NCBI GenBank assembly: GCA_965140585.1
Contig: OZ223270.1
Coordinates: 352,001 to 416,000 of the forward strand
Direction: 5' to 3'
DNA length: 64,000 nucleotides
Source: Spirochaetia bacterium
GTDB lineage: Bacteria > Spirochaetota > Spirochaetia > UBA9216
In this document: positions 27,346-37,715 of the stretch, in pieces
How positions within the stretch are numbered: the stretch's first letter is position 1
How the letters are laid out: every line of letters begins with the position of its first letter
Notes under the pieces: generated by a model
The model's input: only the letters and a program-made list of their open reading frames with translations
Database searches by the model: none
What the model was told of the DNA's origin: nothing
Program-made: the position numbers and the translations under genes

Positions 27346-29277
27346 ATGGGCAAGAGGCCTCCGGAAAGATACAATCCGGGAGAACTTGACAAAACCAGAG
27401 CAAATCTCGGATCTCTTTCCAAGGAAGAAGCGGCCAGAATGGCCGCCCTTCTGGGCGGAGAGGTCGGCGTTGAAAAAACTTCAGATAAAATGAAGGAAAA
27501 ATACGACGATCTTAAAAAACGTACCGAAAAAAAGAGCCAGGTCAGCTATAAACCGGCCTCCCAGTTTAAGGCGCCTAAAGTTCATACAGGCGGCTATAAA
27601 TCGGTTTCAACCCGTAAACGGAAGATAAGCTATATAGACCGTATCAGAATGGATCTGCTGGCGGCCCGGCCTGAACACCGCATAAAAACCAGAGGATCAA
27701 TTATCCATGCCTATCTCAGATTTATTTCCGGAGGAAAGGACATAATAAATCCCAACTTTCTGATACACGGAGACAGGTATTTCTTCAGCCACATCCAGAC
27801 ACTTCAAGCCTCAACAGCAAAACTGCTGGCTTTTGTTGAACCGGCTACTCTGAATATCTATGTAAACCCGTTTTACCGAAATATCCTTAAAAGCCTTGTT
27901 AAGTGGGATCTTGAATATCTCAATAATGAGATGGGCAGCCTTCAGCGCTCTCCGAGGAACAAGAATGTAATTGAGTGTTCTGAGCTATGCCGCCTAATCT
28001 ACAAACCAATAATCAGGCTGAGCAGAATAAATATCGACCACATAACCTCGGCTCTGGACAGACTGAACAGCCTTATCCTTATCCTTACAAAATTCACCCC
28101 CGATGAATATAAGAATCTTGAACCCTATTACCTGAACGCAAGGGACAAGATTCCGGTCGTATTCAAGGATGTTGCATACACATGCTACCCTCTACTGCTT
28201 AAACTCTCAGGATCCCAGTTTCATTTTTATAAGGACTTTCTTAAAAAGGACCGGCGGCATATCACAGGATTTCTGGCTCTTGCGAAAGAAGACCTTATCT
28301 CGCCGCCCATGGATATGAACGCGGAGCTTAAAAAACAGAAACCGCTGGGACAGCTTGAAGAAATCCTTAAAAAGCAGGAAGAAGAACGGCTGATGAAAAA
28401 CAGCATTCAGGATATGGAAAGGGATGAATCTGAAATAACAGCGGGTATAGAACTGCTTGAAAAACTTTTTCCCGAAGCCGGGTGGAAACAGTACAAAGAG
28501 TTTCCAGATCTTTACCAGTACTTTCAGCCTCTTTATGACTTCCCCAGGGGTGTGGAACTTATTCCGCCCGATGATCCGCTGCATCAGATAATAACCCTGG
28601 CCGACACAGTACAGGAGCTGCTTTACGGCTTTAGAAATGTAAACATACTCTCCTCACTGGGCGCTGATATCGATGAAATAACTGATAAGTGGCATCTGTT
28701 TATCGATGAAATGATTCAGAAAAACTACTGCAAGATGCTTCTTGAATACGCAAGAGCTGTTGAAAAAGGCGCTGCCCAGAATTCCGACAGCTTTGGTATG
28801 AGGCTTCTCACCGACCTGCTCTGGTACAGAAGGAGGTTCATCCTCCCGAAACAGAAGTTCAAAACTTTATACAAATCACAGGTCATTACAATGAAGGCGC
28901 CGAAGTTCTACCTTGCCGTAAGAAAACTCTACAGCCTGCTTGATACTCTGCTTAAAGATTTTGATGAGAGCCGTGATAAATCAATGGTAATAGAAAACTT
29001 CGCCGGACCATTTAAGTTCGAGATAAAAAATATCACGGCGATCAGGCTCAAACAGTATCTGAACAGAGAAAAGGTTGCTGCAACCAACGAGAACCTCCTG
29101 AGATACACCCTGATGATCCTGTCTGTCCTTGATTTTCTTATCAACAGCGAAAAAAGTATTACCTACCAGGATTTTGCCGAAGACCTTGTCCTGTTCCGTC
29201 ACGATCCGGTTTATCAGAACAAACCGCTATACTCGGTTAATCTCCTGGACACTCACGAGATCCTGAAAAAATACTGA
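27346..29277 (+). CDS. Large hypothetical cytoplasmic protein
   Basis: 643-aa ORF directly after trxB; predicted helical; no recognised motif. Confidence 0.75.
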   Translation: MGKRPPERYNPGELDKTRANLGSLSKEEAARMAALLGGEVGVEKTSDKMKEKYDDLKKRTEKKSQVSYKPASQFKAPKVHTGGYKSVSTRKRKISYIDRIRMDLLAARPEHRIKTRGSIIHAYLRFISGGKDIINPNFLIHGDRYFFSHIQTLQASTAKLLAFVEPATLNIYVNPFYRNILKSLVKWDLEYLNNEMGSLQRSPRNKNVIECSELCRLIYKPIIRLSRINIDHITSALDRLNSLILILTKFTPDEYKNLEPYYLNARDKIPVVFKDVAYTCYPLLLKLSGSQFHFYKDFLKKDRRHITGFLALAKEDLISPPMDMNAELKKQKPLGQLEEILKKQEEERLMKNSIQDMERDESEITAGIELLEKLFPEAGWKQYKEFPDLYQYFQPLYDFPRGVELIPPDDPLHQIITLADTVQELLYGFRNVNILSSLGADIDEITDKWHLFIDEMIQKNYCKMLLEYARAVEKGAAQNSDSFGMRLLTDLLWYRRRFILPKQKFKTLYKSQVITMKAPKFYLAVRKLYSLLDTLLKDFDESRDKSMVIENFAGPFKFEIKNITAIRLKQYLNREKVAATNENLLRYTLMILSVLDFLINSEKSITYQDFAEDLVLFRHDPVYQNKPLYSVNLLDTHEILKKY

Positions 29278-29404
29278 ATACCAATTCACACTCCCCATGC
29301 ACTTAATACCGGCAGTCCTATAGCATCTTTGCTTTTCTGCTGTTAATATTTATGTTAGTATTTTTAAATAAAATACAGGCTGTGATTGGCCGGGGAGAAT
29401 TAGC

Positions 29405-30268
29405 TTGAAAGAATATCTTGATCTTGTTAAGTACGTTATGGAGAACGGAAAACTGAAAAAGAACCGGACCGGGGTAGACACCCTGAGCTGTTTTTCATAT
29501 TTCTACCGCCTGGATCTTCAGAAAGGATATCCTCTTCTTACAACAAAGAAGGTATTCTTCAACTCAATGCTCCATGAACTTATCTGGTATCTTTCAGGTG
29601 AGGAACATATTAAAAATCTCAGAACACATACCAGGATATGGGATTCCTGGGCCGATGAAGAAGGAAGGCTGCAGACAGCATACGGCAGATTCTGGAGAAG
29701 ATACCCCGTTCCGGAGACCGGTCTGCCCGGTGAAAACTGGGGTAAAAAATGGGTGCATCGTGACGAGCAGTCCGGCGGTCTGGTCTTCGATCAGATAAGC
29801 TACATCATTGATACTCTTAAAGAACTTAAAACCAATCCCGAATCACCCAACCTCAGGCGAATGATTGTTGTTGCATGGCATCCCGGAAACGCCGCGGAAA
29901 GCCTGCTACCGCCCTGTCACTACACATTCTGCTTCAATGTGACCGATGGAAAACTTAACTGTCACCTCACACAGCGTTCAGCAGATATAGCCCTGGGAGT
30001 ACCCTTTAATATCGCATGTTACAGCCTGTTAACCTTCATGCTGGCAAAAGAAACAGGCTTTGAAGCAGGTGAATTCGCACACACAATGATAGATGCGCAT
30101 ATCTATGTTGATCAGATTGAAGGACTTAAGGAACAGCTGACAAGAACACCGAAAGAACTGCCCAGATTGAATATTGCAGATAAACCGATGCTGGAACTTA
30201 CATTTGATGATATCAAGGTGGAAGGCTACGATCCGTATCCTGTTATAAAGTTTCCGGTGGCTGTATGA
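29405..30268 (+). CDS. thyA: Thymidylate synthase ThyA
   Basis: RTGVDT, PLLTTK, LPPCH catalytic motif, QRSADIALGVPFN, DAHIY. TTG start after ggggag. Confidence 0.97.
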   Translation: MKEYLDLVKYVMENGKLKKNRTGVDTLSCFSYFYRLDLQKGYPLLTTKKVFFNSMLHELIWYLSGEEHIKNLRTHTRIWDSWADEEGRLQTAYGRFWRRYPVPETGLPGENWGKKWVHRDEQSGGLVFDQISYIIDTLKELKTNPESPNLRRMIVVAWHPGNAAESLLPPCHYTFCFNVTDGKLNCHLTQRSADIALGVPFNIACYSLLTFMLAKETGFEAGEFAHTMIDAHIYVDQIEGLKEQLTRTPKELPRLNIADKPMLELTFDDIKVEGYDPYPVIKFPVAV

Positions 30269-31530
30269 ATACCCTTGTGCTGCTGATTATAATTCATTCA
30301 GTTGTTACTGCAGCATTAATTGTTTTACTGGTTATTTTTTATTTGAAATCAAGAATGCTCAAAAACCTCAGATCGATGGTCAACCATGATCTACGATCAC
30401 CGCTGAATGCAATTCTCGGATTCAGCGATCTCCTGCTGCAGACTGAAAAAGATGATGAAAAGATCAAATTTCTCACGGCAATAAACTCCGGCGGAAAAAC
30501 ACTGCTTTCAACCCTGGAGGAGGTTGCCCACCGACTGAAGAAAAAATACAGTCCGATGGTTTTCAGCGGTATCAGGGAAATCCCAGAAAGAAGAATATTC
30601 TCGGGCAGTCTTGATTTTGATAACTCAAAAGAGCCGCAGATAATGATTGTAGATGATTTTTCCGAGAATATTGACTTTTTGGAAAACATCCTCCAGAAAT
30701 CCGGGTTCAGAACAGTTTCAGCGTCCAGCGGTGAACAGGCCATCGAACTGCTGAAAGAACACACCCCCGATCTTGTACTTCTTGATATTGTGATGCCCGG
30801 CCTTTCAGGGTTTGAAACCTGTGCCAAGATCCAGAGCAACCGGGACTTTATTGATATACCGGTAATCTTTTTAAGTGCAAAAAAGGACGAAAAAACTATA
30901 ATAGAAAGTTTCATCTACGGCGGAATCGACTATGTAGTCAAACCCTTCAACAGCCCCGAGCTGCTTGCAAGAGTAAATACCCATCTTCAGCTTAAATCAG
31001 CGAAGGAAAAACTGAATATACTGGCTTTTTCAGACAGTCTTACCGGGCTTTATAACCGCAGAAAAATAATTGAAACCCTTGATCATGAAATGGCCCGCTC
31101 AAAACGCTACGGAGAGAACATGTCTTTTATCATGATCGATATTGACCTCTTCAAAAAAGTCAATGATACTTACGGCCATGATATTGGTGACAAGGCTCTC
31201 ATACGCTTTGCGGAAATCGTAAGCAGCAGTCTTCGGGAAACAGACTTTGCAGGACGACTGGGAGGTGAGGAATTCGGGATAATACTTCCTCAGACAAACA
31301 GAGAGCAGGCGATGATCGTTGCAGAACGAATCAGAAGCAGAATTGAAAAAGAAGCGGGAAACAAGGCTAAAGGAATTCCGGCGTTTACCGCAAGTTTCGG
31401 CGTAGCCGAGTATGAAAAGAAAAACATCAGCTCCGATCTGCTGACACAGAAGGCAGATAAAGCCTTATACAGGGCAAAAGAACTAGGTCGAAACAGGGTT
31501 GAATGCTTTATACAGGAGACAGCAGAGTGA
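30265..31530 (+). CDS. Membrane-anchored diguanylate cyclase (TM-DHp-REC-GGDEF)
   Basis: N-terminal TM; H-box HDLRSPLNAILGF; REC (IVDD, LLDIVMP, KPF); DSLTGLYNRR; RETD I-site; GGEEF. Confidence 0.92.
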   Translation: MNTLVLLIIIHSVVTAALIVLLVIFYLKSRMLKNLRSMVNHDLRSPLNAILGFSDLLLQTEKDDEKIKFLTAINSGGKTLLSTLEEVAHRLKKKYSPMVFSGIREIPERRIFSGSLDFDNSKEPQIMIVDDFSENIDFLENILQKSGFRTVSASSGEQAIELLKEHTPDLVLLDIVMPGLSGFETCAKIQSNRDFIDIPVIFLSAKKDEKTIIESFIYGGIDYVVKPFNSPELLARVNTHLQLKSAKEKLNILAFSDSLTGLYNRRKIIETLDHEMARSKRYGENMSFIMIDIDLFKKVNDTYGHDIGDKALIRFAEIVSSSLRETDFAGRLGGEEFGIILPQTNREQAMIVAERIRSRIEKEAGNKAKGIPAFTASFGVAEYEKKNISSDLLTQKADKALYRAKELGRNRVECFIQETAE

Positions 31531-32039
31531 GAAATTACAGCCTGATATGTGCAGTAGCGGAAAATATGGTCATCGGAAAAGACAATAAAATTCCTTGGCA
31601 TATCCCTGAAGATCTGAAACACTTTAAAAGGCTTACTACCGGCAATATTGTTGTGATGGGAAGAAAAACTTTCGAATCAATTGGAAAACCTCTGCCGGGA
31701 AGAATCTCAATCGTTATTTCTTCTTCATATGATGAGCCGCAGGAATACACAGCCGATACTCTGCTTTATAAATGCGGGTCGCTCGAAAAGGCTCTTTTTA
31801 CAGCATCAGAAATTGTAGAAAAATCAGCTGGAGAGGGTTCCGTCGATAAACAGATTTTTGTCGCCGGAGGTGCGAGTATCTATAAACAGGCAATCGATGA
31901 TGCTGAAAAACTCTATATCTCAAGAATACCGGGAATTTTTGAGGGGGATACTTTTTTTCCGGAAATTCAGAATCATATTTGGAACCTTACCTCTGAAACA
32001 GAATTTGAAAAGTTCAGGTTTCAGATATACTCAAAATAA
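31527..32039 (+). CDS. folA: Dihydrofolate reductase
   Basis: VIGKDNKIPWHIPEDLKHFK, MGRKTFESI, PLPGR, GGASIY, GDTFFP. GTG start after aggag, overlapping the upstream TGA. Confidence 0.96.
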   Translation: MRNYSLICAVAENMVIGKDNKIPWHIPEDLKHFKRLTTGNIVVMGRKTFESIGKPLPGRISIVISSSYDEPQEYTADTLLYKCGSLEKALFTASEIVEKSAGEGSVDKQIFVAGGASIYKQAIDDAEKLYISRIPGIFEGDTFFPEIQNHIWNLTSETEFEKFRFQIYSK

Positions 32040-32052
32040 AACAGATACAGCC

Positions 32053-32646
32053 TTATATTATCTCAATTTCAGCGGTCCCGTTTGTTAAATCAATACAACG
32101 GGATTCAAGCTCTGAAGCTTTATCCATCGGAACATTCCCGATTATCCTGATATCAGTTCCGAAAATCTCTTCTAGGTCGACAGTTTCAAGCTCTTCAAAC
32201 AGACTCTTTATCAGATTGAAAAACTGATAATCAGCCTTCAATTCAAATCTGCGGTAATGAATAAGCTCGGACGTCTTCAGCTTATCCAGGACCCCGGCAG
32301 CAGCCTCTGAATAAGCTCTTACAAGTCCTCCTGTCCCGAGCTTTGTTCCGCCGAAGTACCGGACAACTGTAATAATAAGGTTTGTAATACCCCGGCCTTT
32401 TAGAATTTCAATGACAGGCTTTCCCGAGGTTCCGGAAGGTTCCCCGTCATCGCTCATCCCCATAAACTGTCTCTGATCTCCGCAGATAAATGCATGTACA
32501 ACATGAGCCGCGTCGGGGTGTTCCGCCTTCTTTGCCTTCAGCACAGCTCTTGCCGCCTCCGGATCCGCTACAGGTGTGATCTCGGAAATGAATCGGGATT
32601 TTTTAATAATTATCTCATGAATACCTGAGCCGGCTGGTACGAGCAT
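32053..32646 (-). CDS. yigZ: YigZ/IMPACT family protein
   Basis: IKKSRFI, SDDGEPSGTSGKP, VVRYFGGTKLGTGGLVRAY. Confidence 0.93.
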   Translation of the reverse strand: MLVPAGSGIHEIIIKKSRFISEITPVADPEAARAVLKAKKAEHPDAAHVVHAFICGDQRQFMGMSDDGEPSGTSGKPVIEILKGRGITNLIITVVRYFGGTKLGTGGLVRAYSEAAAGVLDKLKTSELIHYRRFELKADYQFFNLIKSLFEELETVDLEEIFGTDIRIIGNVPMDKASELESRCIDLTNGTAEIEII

Positions 32647-32731
32647 AGGCAATACTAACCTGATTACACTTAAACTGAAAAGACCGGGCACCTTGCCTCA
32701 CTATTATTTTTCAGATATTGTAAAACCGCAG

Positions 32732-34423
32732 ATGAAAAAAAACAGAATTATCATCTTCATTTCACTTCTATTCAGTATTGCAGCAATAGCCGCACTGCCT
32801 TTTCACCCGGAGGGACTGATATACCGGATAATTGCCGAATCGTTTGATTACGCGGCAGTTTTTTTCATGCTCTTTTATCTTACAGCTGAACTGACTGGTG
32901 CGATTTATAAAAAGCAGTATCTTATAAGAAATCTCTTCACGGTTATTTTCATAATTATTTATACAATCGTTTTTATCACGTTGAAACTGCTGCCGGAACT
33001 GCCTGAGGAGCTTAAAACAGCGGTCTTTACATTACGGGGTCTTTTTCTTATTTTTAAGGCAGTTGAAGAGATTCGCTCAGTAAGAACCCTGATTCTGAAT
33101 ATTTCCGAGCATCCGGCCGGCTCAATACTGCTGAGTTTTCAGCTTGTAATAATAACAGGCACATTACTGCTTATGCTCCCCTTCGCCTCGGCAGACGGAA
33201 GAGGTCTCAATTTTATCGATTCCTGGTTTACTGCTACCTCCGCTGTATGCGTTACAGGACTTATCGTCGTCGATACCGCGGTCTATTTCAGCTTCTGGGG
33301 AAAACTGATCATCCTTGTACTCATACAGATCGGCGGGCTTGGAATCATGATAATGTCATATTTTTCTGCATTTATTCTTCGCAGAAAGATGAGTTTTACA
33401 GAAAAAAGAAGATTGTCCTTTGCAATAAGTGACAATGATTATTCGGGAATAATCAGACAGCTTAAATCGATCATCTACCTCACCTTCACAATTGAGGCGG
33501 TCGGTGCACTGGTACTGTTTGCAGGGCTCGGCAGAAGACTCGGATACACTGCAGGGACACTTTTCAACGCAGTTTTTCATTCCATCAGCGCCTTCTGCAA
33601 TGCCGGTTTTTCTCTTTTTTCCAACAGCCTGGAAGACTTTTATGCAAGTCCGCTGGTAATACTCACCGTCAGTCTTCTGATTATTATCGGCGGGCTCAGT
33701 TTTGCTGTAATCATAAATATTGGAACAAGTATCACAGGCAGAAAAAAAGGATTACGCCTGAGTATTAACAGCAGGATTGTTCTAATCTGGTCTGTGGTGC
33801 TGATCATAACCGGAATGTACCTTTTTTACGGGACAGAACACCGGAACACACTGCTTCATCTGAAACCCGGAGAACAGCTTCTTGCGGCCTTCTTCCAGTC
33901 GGTAACCCTCAGAACCGCCGGATTCAACTCAGTCCCCTTTTCGGGACTGACAACAGGGACCCTGCTTATCATGTGTTTTTTCATGTTCACAGGCGGGGCC
34001 TCCGGCAGCACAGCAGGCGGCATAAAGGTAAATACCATGGCTGTACTAACCTCATACATCAAAAGCCTTTTTACAGGATCTCCGAGAACAACCATCTACC
34101 GGTATCAACTGTCTAAAACAAATGTACTCAGGGCTTTTTCAATTTTTCAATACGGACTTACAGCAGTATTTCTGGGTGTGGTCGGTCTTGTACTTACTCA
34201 GGACCTTCCGCTTGATAAAATTATTTTTGAAACAGTGTCCGCCTTCGGAACAGTAGGGCTTTCTGCAGGTATAACATCCGCATTAAACACCCCTGGAAAG
34301 CTTATAATAATACTTCTGATGTTCAACGGGCGAATCGGTCCGCTGACTATTATTGCCTCATTCTCAAATAGGCAGAAAACCGGCACAATTCAGTATCCGC
34401 AGGCGGATATTTCTATAGGATAA
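32732..34423 (+). CDS. ktrB: Trk/Ktr potassium uptake membrane subunit (KtrB/TrkH) with N-terminal membrane extension
   Basis: Four pore motifs: SAVCVTGL, SAFCNAGF, TLRTAGF, SAFGTVGLS; also GSTAGGIK. Confidence 0.92.
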   Translation: MKKNRIIIFISLLFSIAAIAALPFHPEGLIYRIIAESFDYAAVFFMLFYLTAELTGAIYKKQYLIRNLFTVIFIIIYTIVFITLKLLPELPEELKTAVFTLRGLFLIFKAVEEIRSVRTLILNISEHPAGSILLSFQLVIITGTLLLMLPFASADGRGLNFIDSWFTATSAVCVTGLIVVDTAVYFSFWGKLIILVLIQIGGLGIMIMSYFSAFILRRKMSFTEKRRLSFAISDNDYSGIIRQLKSIIYLTFTIEAVGALVLFAGLGRRLGYTAGTLFNAVFHSISAFCNAGFSLFSNSLEDFYASPLVILTVSLLIIIGGLSFAVIINIGTSITGRKKGLRLSINSRIVLIWSVVLIITGMYLFYGTEHRNTLLHLKPGEQLLAAFFQSVTLRTAGFNSVPFSGLTTGTLLIMCFFMFTGGASGSTAGGIKVNTMAVLTSYIKSLFTGSPRTTIYRYQLSKTNVLRAFSIFQYGLTAVFLGVVGLVLTQDLPLDKIIFETVSAFGTVGLSAGITSALNTPGKLIIILLMFNGRIGPLTIIASFSNRQKTGTIQYPQADISIG

Positions 34424-34433
34424 GGATTTAGCT

Positions 34434-35123
34434 ATGAATGAAAATGTCTTTCTTGTAATAGGACTCGGAACTTTCGGTTGGGAAACCTGCGAGGAGCTGG
34501 CCGCCCGCGGCGCGAAGGTAATAGCTGTAGACAACAAACCGGGCCGGATTGAGAAAATAAAAGAGATCGTTACTCAGGCTATCCTGCTCGATTCAACTGA
34601 TGAGGAAACTCTGTCCACTCTACCATTTGAAGATGTCGATCTTGCAGTCATTGCAATTGGAGACAACATTGAGGCAAACATCCTTACAACAGCGCTTTTG
34701 AAGAAGTCCGGAGTGCCATACATCATAGCCAGGGCGGCAACAGAACTCCATGAGCAGGTTCTTAAACAGGTAGGTGCAAATGAAATCATCAATGTTGAAA
34801 AGGAAGCAGGTATTCAGCTTGCCGAGAAAATTATTGCGCCCGACATCCTCGATAAAGTTCCGGTAACAGCCGATATAAGCGTAGCCGAAGTTTATGTTCC
34901 GGAAGCCTTCATCGGGAAAACCCTTCAGAATGTGGATCTCCCCGGAAAACTCGAACTGACAATAACAGCCATTAAACGGACCGCTTTTACTGTGGATGAA
35001 GAGGGTAACCCGATAATGAATGAATCGGTTGTTTTTCCAGATGGCACAACTGAATTCAAGACCGGTGATATCCTGCTTGTAGTAGGGAAGAACGACAAGA
35101 TAGATTCTTTAAAGGGCATTTAA
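34434..35123 (+). CDS. ktrA: Ktr/Trk regulatory RCK subunit
   Basis: VIGLGTFG nucleotide-binding motif, IIARA, TrkA-C domain. Confidence 0.92.
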   Translation: MNENVFLVIGLGTFGWETCEELAARGAKVIAVDNKPGRIEKIKEIVTQAILLDSTDEETLSTLPFEDVDLAVIAIGDNIEANILTTALLKKSGVPYIIARAATELHEQVLKQVGANEIINVEKEAGIQLAEKIIAPDILDKVPVTADISVAEVYVPEAFIGKTLQNVDLPGKLELTITAIKRTAFTVDEEGNPIMNESVVFPDGTTEFKTGDILLVVGKNDKIDSLKGI

Positions 35124-35921
35124 ATGATCCAGATAAGAAAAAGCGTACTGATAATCCTTCTTGCAACAGCTGCCGCATCAATCGGCGGGATCGCCTTGTA
35201 TGCCTGGTCGCTGCTGAACAGTTCCGCCGGGTTTTCAGCGGATGATATTAAATACTATTCCGAGCAGATCGTTTTTGCTGCGGTGGTTCTTGTCTCTGTG
35301 CTTATCCTGTTTGTCATTTTAATTTTTCTAAGAAACCGGAATTTCAACAGAGATCTGGCTCGTCTTATTAAACTTGATACAATCAACCCGGCATCAACTG
35401 AGAACAACCTCAGACGGCTGGGCAGTCTCGGAAAAAAACTGAGCCTCCTTTACAGGCAGATAAACGACATCAGTGATAAAAGAGGGCTGAAAATCGGGGC
35501 GCTGACCTCCCTTACAGAATTTCTCTGCATGAACACACAGCTTCAAATCATTCTTACCGACATCACTGGAAGAATTCTTCAGGTCAGCCGCGGATATCTT
35601 GATGAAAAGCAGGCTGTCCGTTCTGAACTTGTACTGAAAAATATCAGAACCGTTATGCCGGAAGTCAATTTCCCGGGAATTGTTTCAGAGCTTGAAAAGA
35701 GACACCTTCCGGTTGAAGCCGAATCAGGAGATGAAAAAATCAGGTGGGTGCCCATTCACAACCGCAATAATGAAATCAGTTATATTGCTGCGATTCCGTC
35801 AAAGGTTGAACTGAAACTTCCTCAGTTCAACCCCCAGGCAAAAAAGCCTGCGAACAGACGGCATAATTCGGTTTCCGATTTTATTCACAGGGTAAGAGGG
35901 GTCTCTAAAAAGGTTTTCTGA
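35124..35921 (+). CDS. Hypothetical 2-TM protein with a PAS-like cytoplasmic region
   Basis: Two TMs; IILTDITGRILQVS resembles a PAS first strand; starts immediately after the ktrA stop. Confidence 0.6.
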   Translation: MIQIRKSVLIILLATAAASIGGIALYAWSLLNSSAGFSADDIKYYSEQIVFAAVVLVSVLILFVILIFLRNRNFNRDLARLIKLDTINPASTENNLRRLGSLGKKLSLLYRQINDISDKRGLKIGALTSLTEFLCMNTQLQIILTDITGRILQVSRGYLDEKQAVRSELVLKNIRTVMPEVNFPGIVSELEKRHLPVEAESGDEKIRWVPIHNRNNEISYIAAIPSKVELKLPQFNPQAKKPANRRHNSVSDFIHRVRGVSKKVF

Positions 35922-35939
35922 TTAGTTTATCACTGACTG

Positions 35940-37715
35940 CTATTCCCCGAACTGAAGCGAGTACAGACTGCTGTAAAGGCCCTCCGATGCCAGCAGCTCA
36001 TCGTGACTGCCGCTCTCTGCAATCCGCCCTCCGGAAAGAACGATTATACGATCGGAATCGGTTATTGTTGAAAGCCGGTGTGCAATGACTATTGATGTGC
36101 GGTTTTCGAGGATGTTCTTCAGACCCTTCTGAATATATTTTTCGGTTTCTGTATCGATGCTTGCAGTTGCCTCGTCCAGGATCAGGATCGGAGGATCATG
36201 GGCAAGTATACGGGTAAAGGCAATCAGCTGCCGCTGGCCGGCGGACAGATTAGAACCACCTTCCGTCAGCTCAAAATCAAAACCGTAGCCAAGCTTTTCA
36301 AGCACGGGTTTCAGGCAGGCAGTTTCTGCGGCTTTTTCAAGCAACTCATCAGAAATATCCTTTCCAAGAGTAATATTATCCCTTATTGAGCCTGAGAATA
36401 TAAAAACATCCTGGGCAACAGCCTGTACAGTCTGCCTCAGTTTTTTTAGCGGAAACTTCCTTATATCTTCACCGTCAATCTTTATGCAGCCCGAATCGAC
36501 ATCCCAGAATCTGGCTGCAAGGTTTGCTATCGTTGACTTCCCGGCTCCGGTATATCCGACAATAGCGATAGTCTCTCCATGTCCGGCAGAAAAACTCACC
36601 TGCTTAAGTACAGGTTCACCTTCTTTATAAGCAAAGCTGACATCATTGAAAGTCAGTCTTGATTCTTCTGCTGAAACCGGCTCCGGACAGCCTTCCGGAG
36701 CTTTTCCGGAGTAATCGGGAATATGGTCCTCTGTTTCAAGCAGTTCGAATATTCGCTCGGCGCCGGCCATAGCAGACTGCATTACCGTAAACTGTTCAGA
36801 CAGCTGCTGAAGCGGCCGGTAAAACTTGTGTACCAGATCAAGATATGCTATTAAGACACCTAAAGTGAGTATTCCCTTCGCATGCATTCCTGCACCGAAG
36901 TAGATAATTACTGCAAGAGAAACTGTCCCAAGCATGCTGATGAGGGGCCGAAATACAGCAAAGACATACATTTCACCCATATTGGCAGCCAGCAGTCTGT
37001 CATTGTTCTTTCTGAAGTTCTCATCAGTGAAATCTTCGTGGGCAAAGGACTGCACAACCCTAATGCCGGAGATTCTTTCGGACAGAAAAGCATTAAGCAT
37101 GGACACGCGTTTTCTGACCCTGCGGTAGGCATCACGCGCCTTTACCCTGAAAAAAACAGTAATCAGAATTACAGGAGGCAGTGTCAGAACCGTAAGCGCG
37201 CCCAGCCTTACATTCAGAAAAAACAGCACGCCTATTACTCCGGCCATTACGACAAAATTTTTGATAAGAGTCATAACCACCGAGGAGAAAAACTCGCTTA
37301 TAGTCTCAACATCGTTCGTTGCCCTTGTAACAAGAGTTCCAACCGGACTCTTTCCAAAAAAGGAAAGGGATTGGCCGGCGGTATGTGTAAGAAGCTCCAT
37401 TCTGAGTGTTTTCATAATTCCCTGGGCTGCTGCCGACATCAGATAGACTTGAGCAAATGAGGCTAGAAGACCTAGCCCAAGCAGCCCCATAAGAATAAGG
37501 CTGTTTCCGGCAAGGCCTTCAAGCGACGGATTTTCACTTAAAATATTGGAATCCACACTTCTCTGAATAATCACAGGAGCAAGCAGTTCGGAAACAGTCA
37601 CAGCAACAAGAGCTGCCAGAGATACAGCGGTATGCACAGAGTATGGCTTAAGATAAGCCAGGAGCTTGCGCATTAAATGAGGGTTATATTTTACAATTAT
37701 TTTCTCATCTTCCAT
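35940..37715 (-). CDS. ABC exporter ATP-binding/permease subunit (MdlB-like)
   Basis: TMD plus Walker A GYTGAGKS, LSAGQRQ, ILDEATASID, IAHRLST. Confidence 0.95.
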   Translation of the reverse strand: MEDEKIIVKYNPHLMRKLLAYLKPYSVHTAVSLAALVAVTVSELLAPVIIQRSVDSNILSENPSLEGLAGNSLILMGLLGLGLLASFAQVYLMSAAAQGIMKTLRMELLTHTAGQSLSFFGKSPVGTLVTRATNDVETISEFFSSVVMTLIKNFVVMAGVIGVLFFLNVRLGALTVLTLPPVILITVFFRVKARDAYRRVRKRVSMLNAFLSERISGIRVVQSFAHEDFTDENFRKNNDRLLAANMGEMYVFAVFRPLISMLGTVSLAVIIYFGAGMHAKGILTLGVLIAYLDLVHKFYRPLQQLSEQFTVMQSAMAGAERIFELLETEDHIPDYSGKAPEGCPEPVSAEESRLTFNDVSFAYKEGEPVLKQVSFSAGHGETIAIVGYTGAGKSTIANLAARFWDVDSGCIKIDGEDIRKFPLKKLRQTVQAVAQDVFIFSGSIRDNITLGKDISDELLEKAAETACLKPVLEKLGYGFDFELTEGGSNLSAGQRQLIAFTRILAHDPPILILDEATASIDTETEKYIQKGLKNILENRTSIVIAHRLSTITDSDRIIVLSGGRIAESGSHDELLASEGLYSSLYSLQFGE

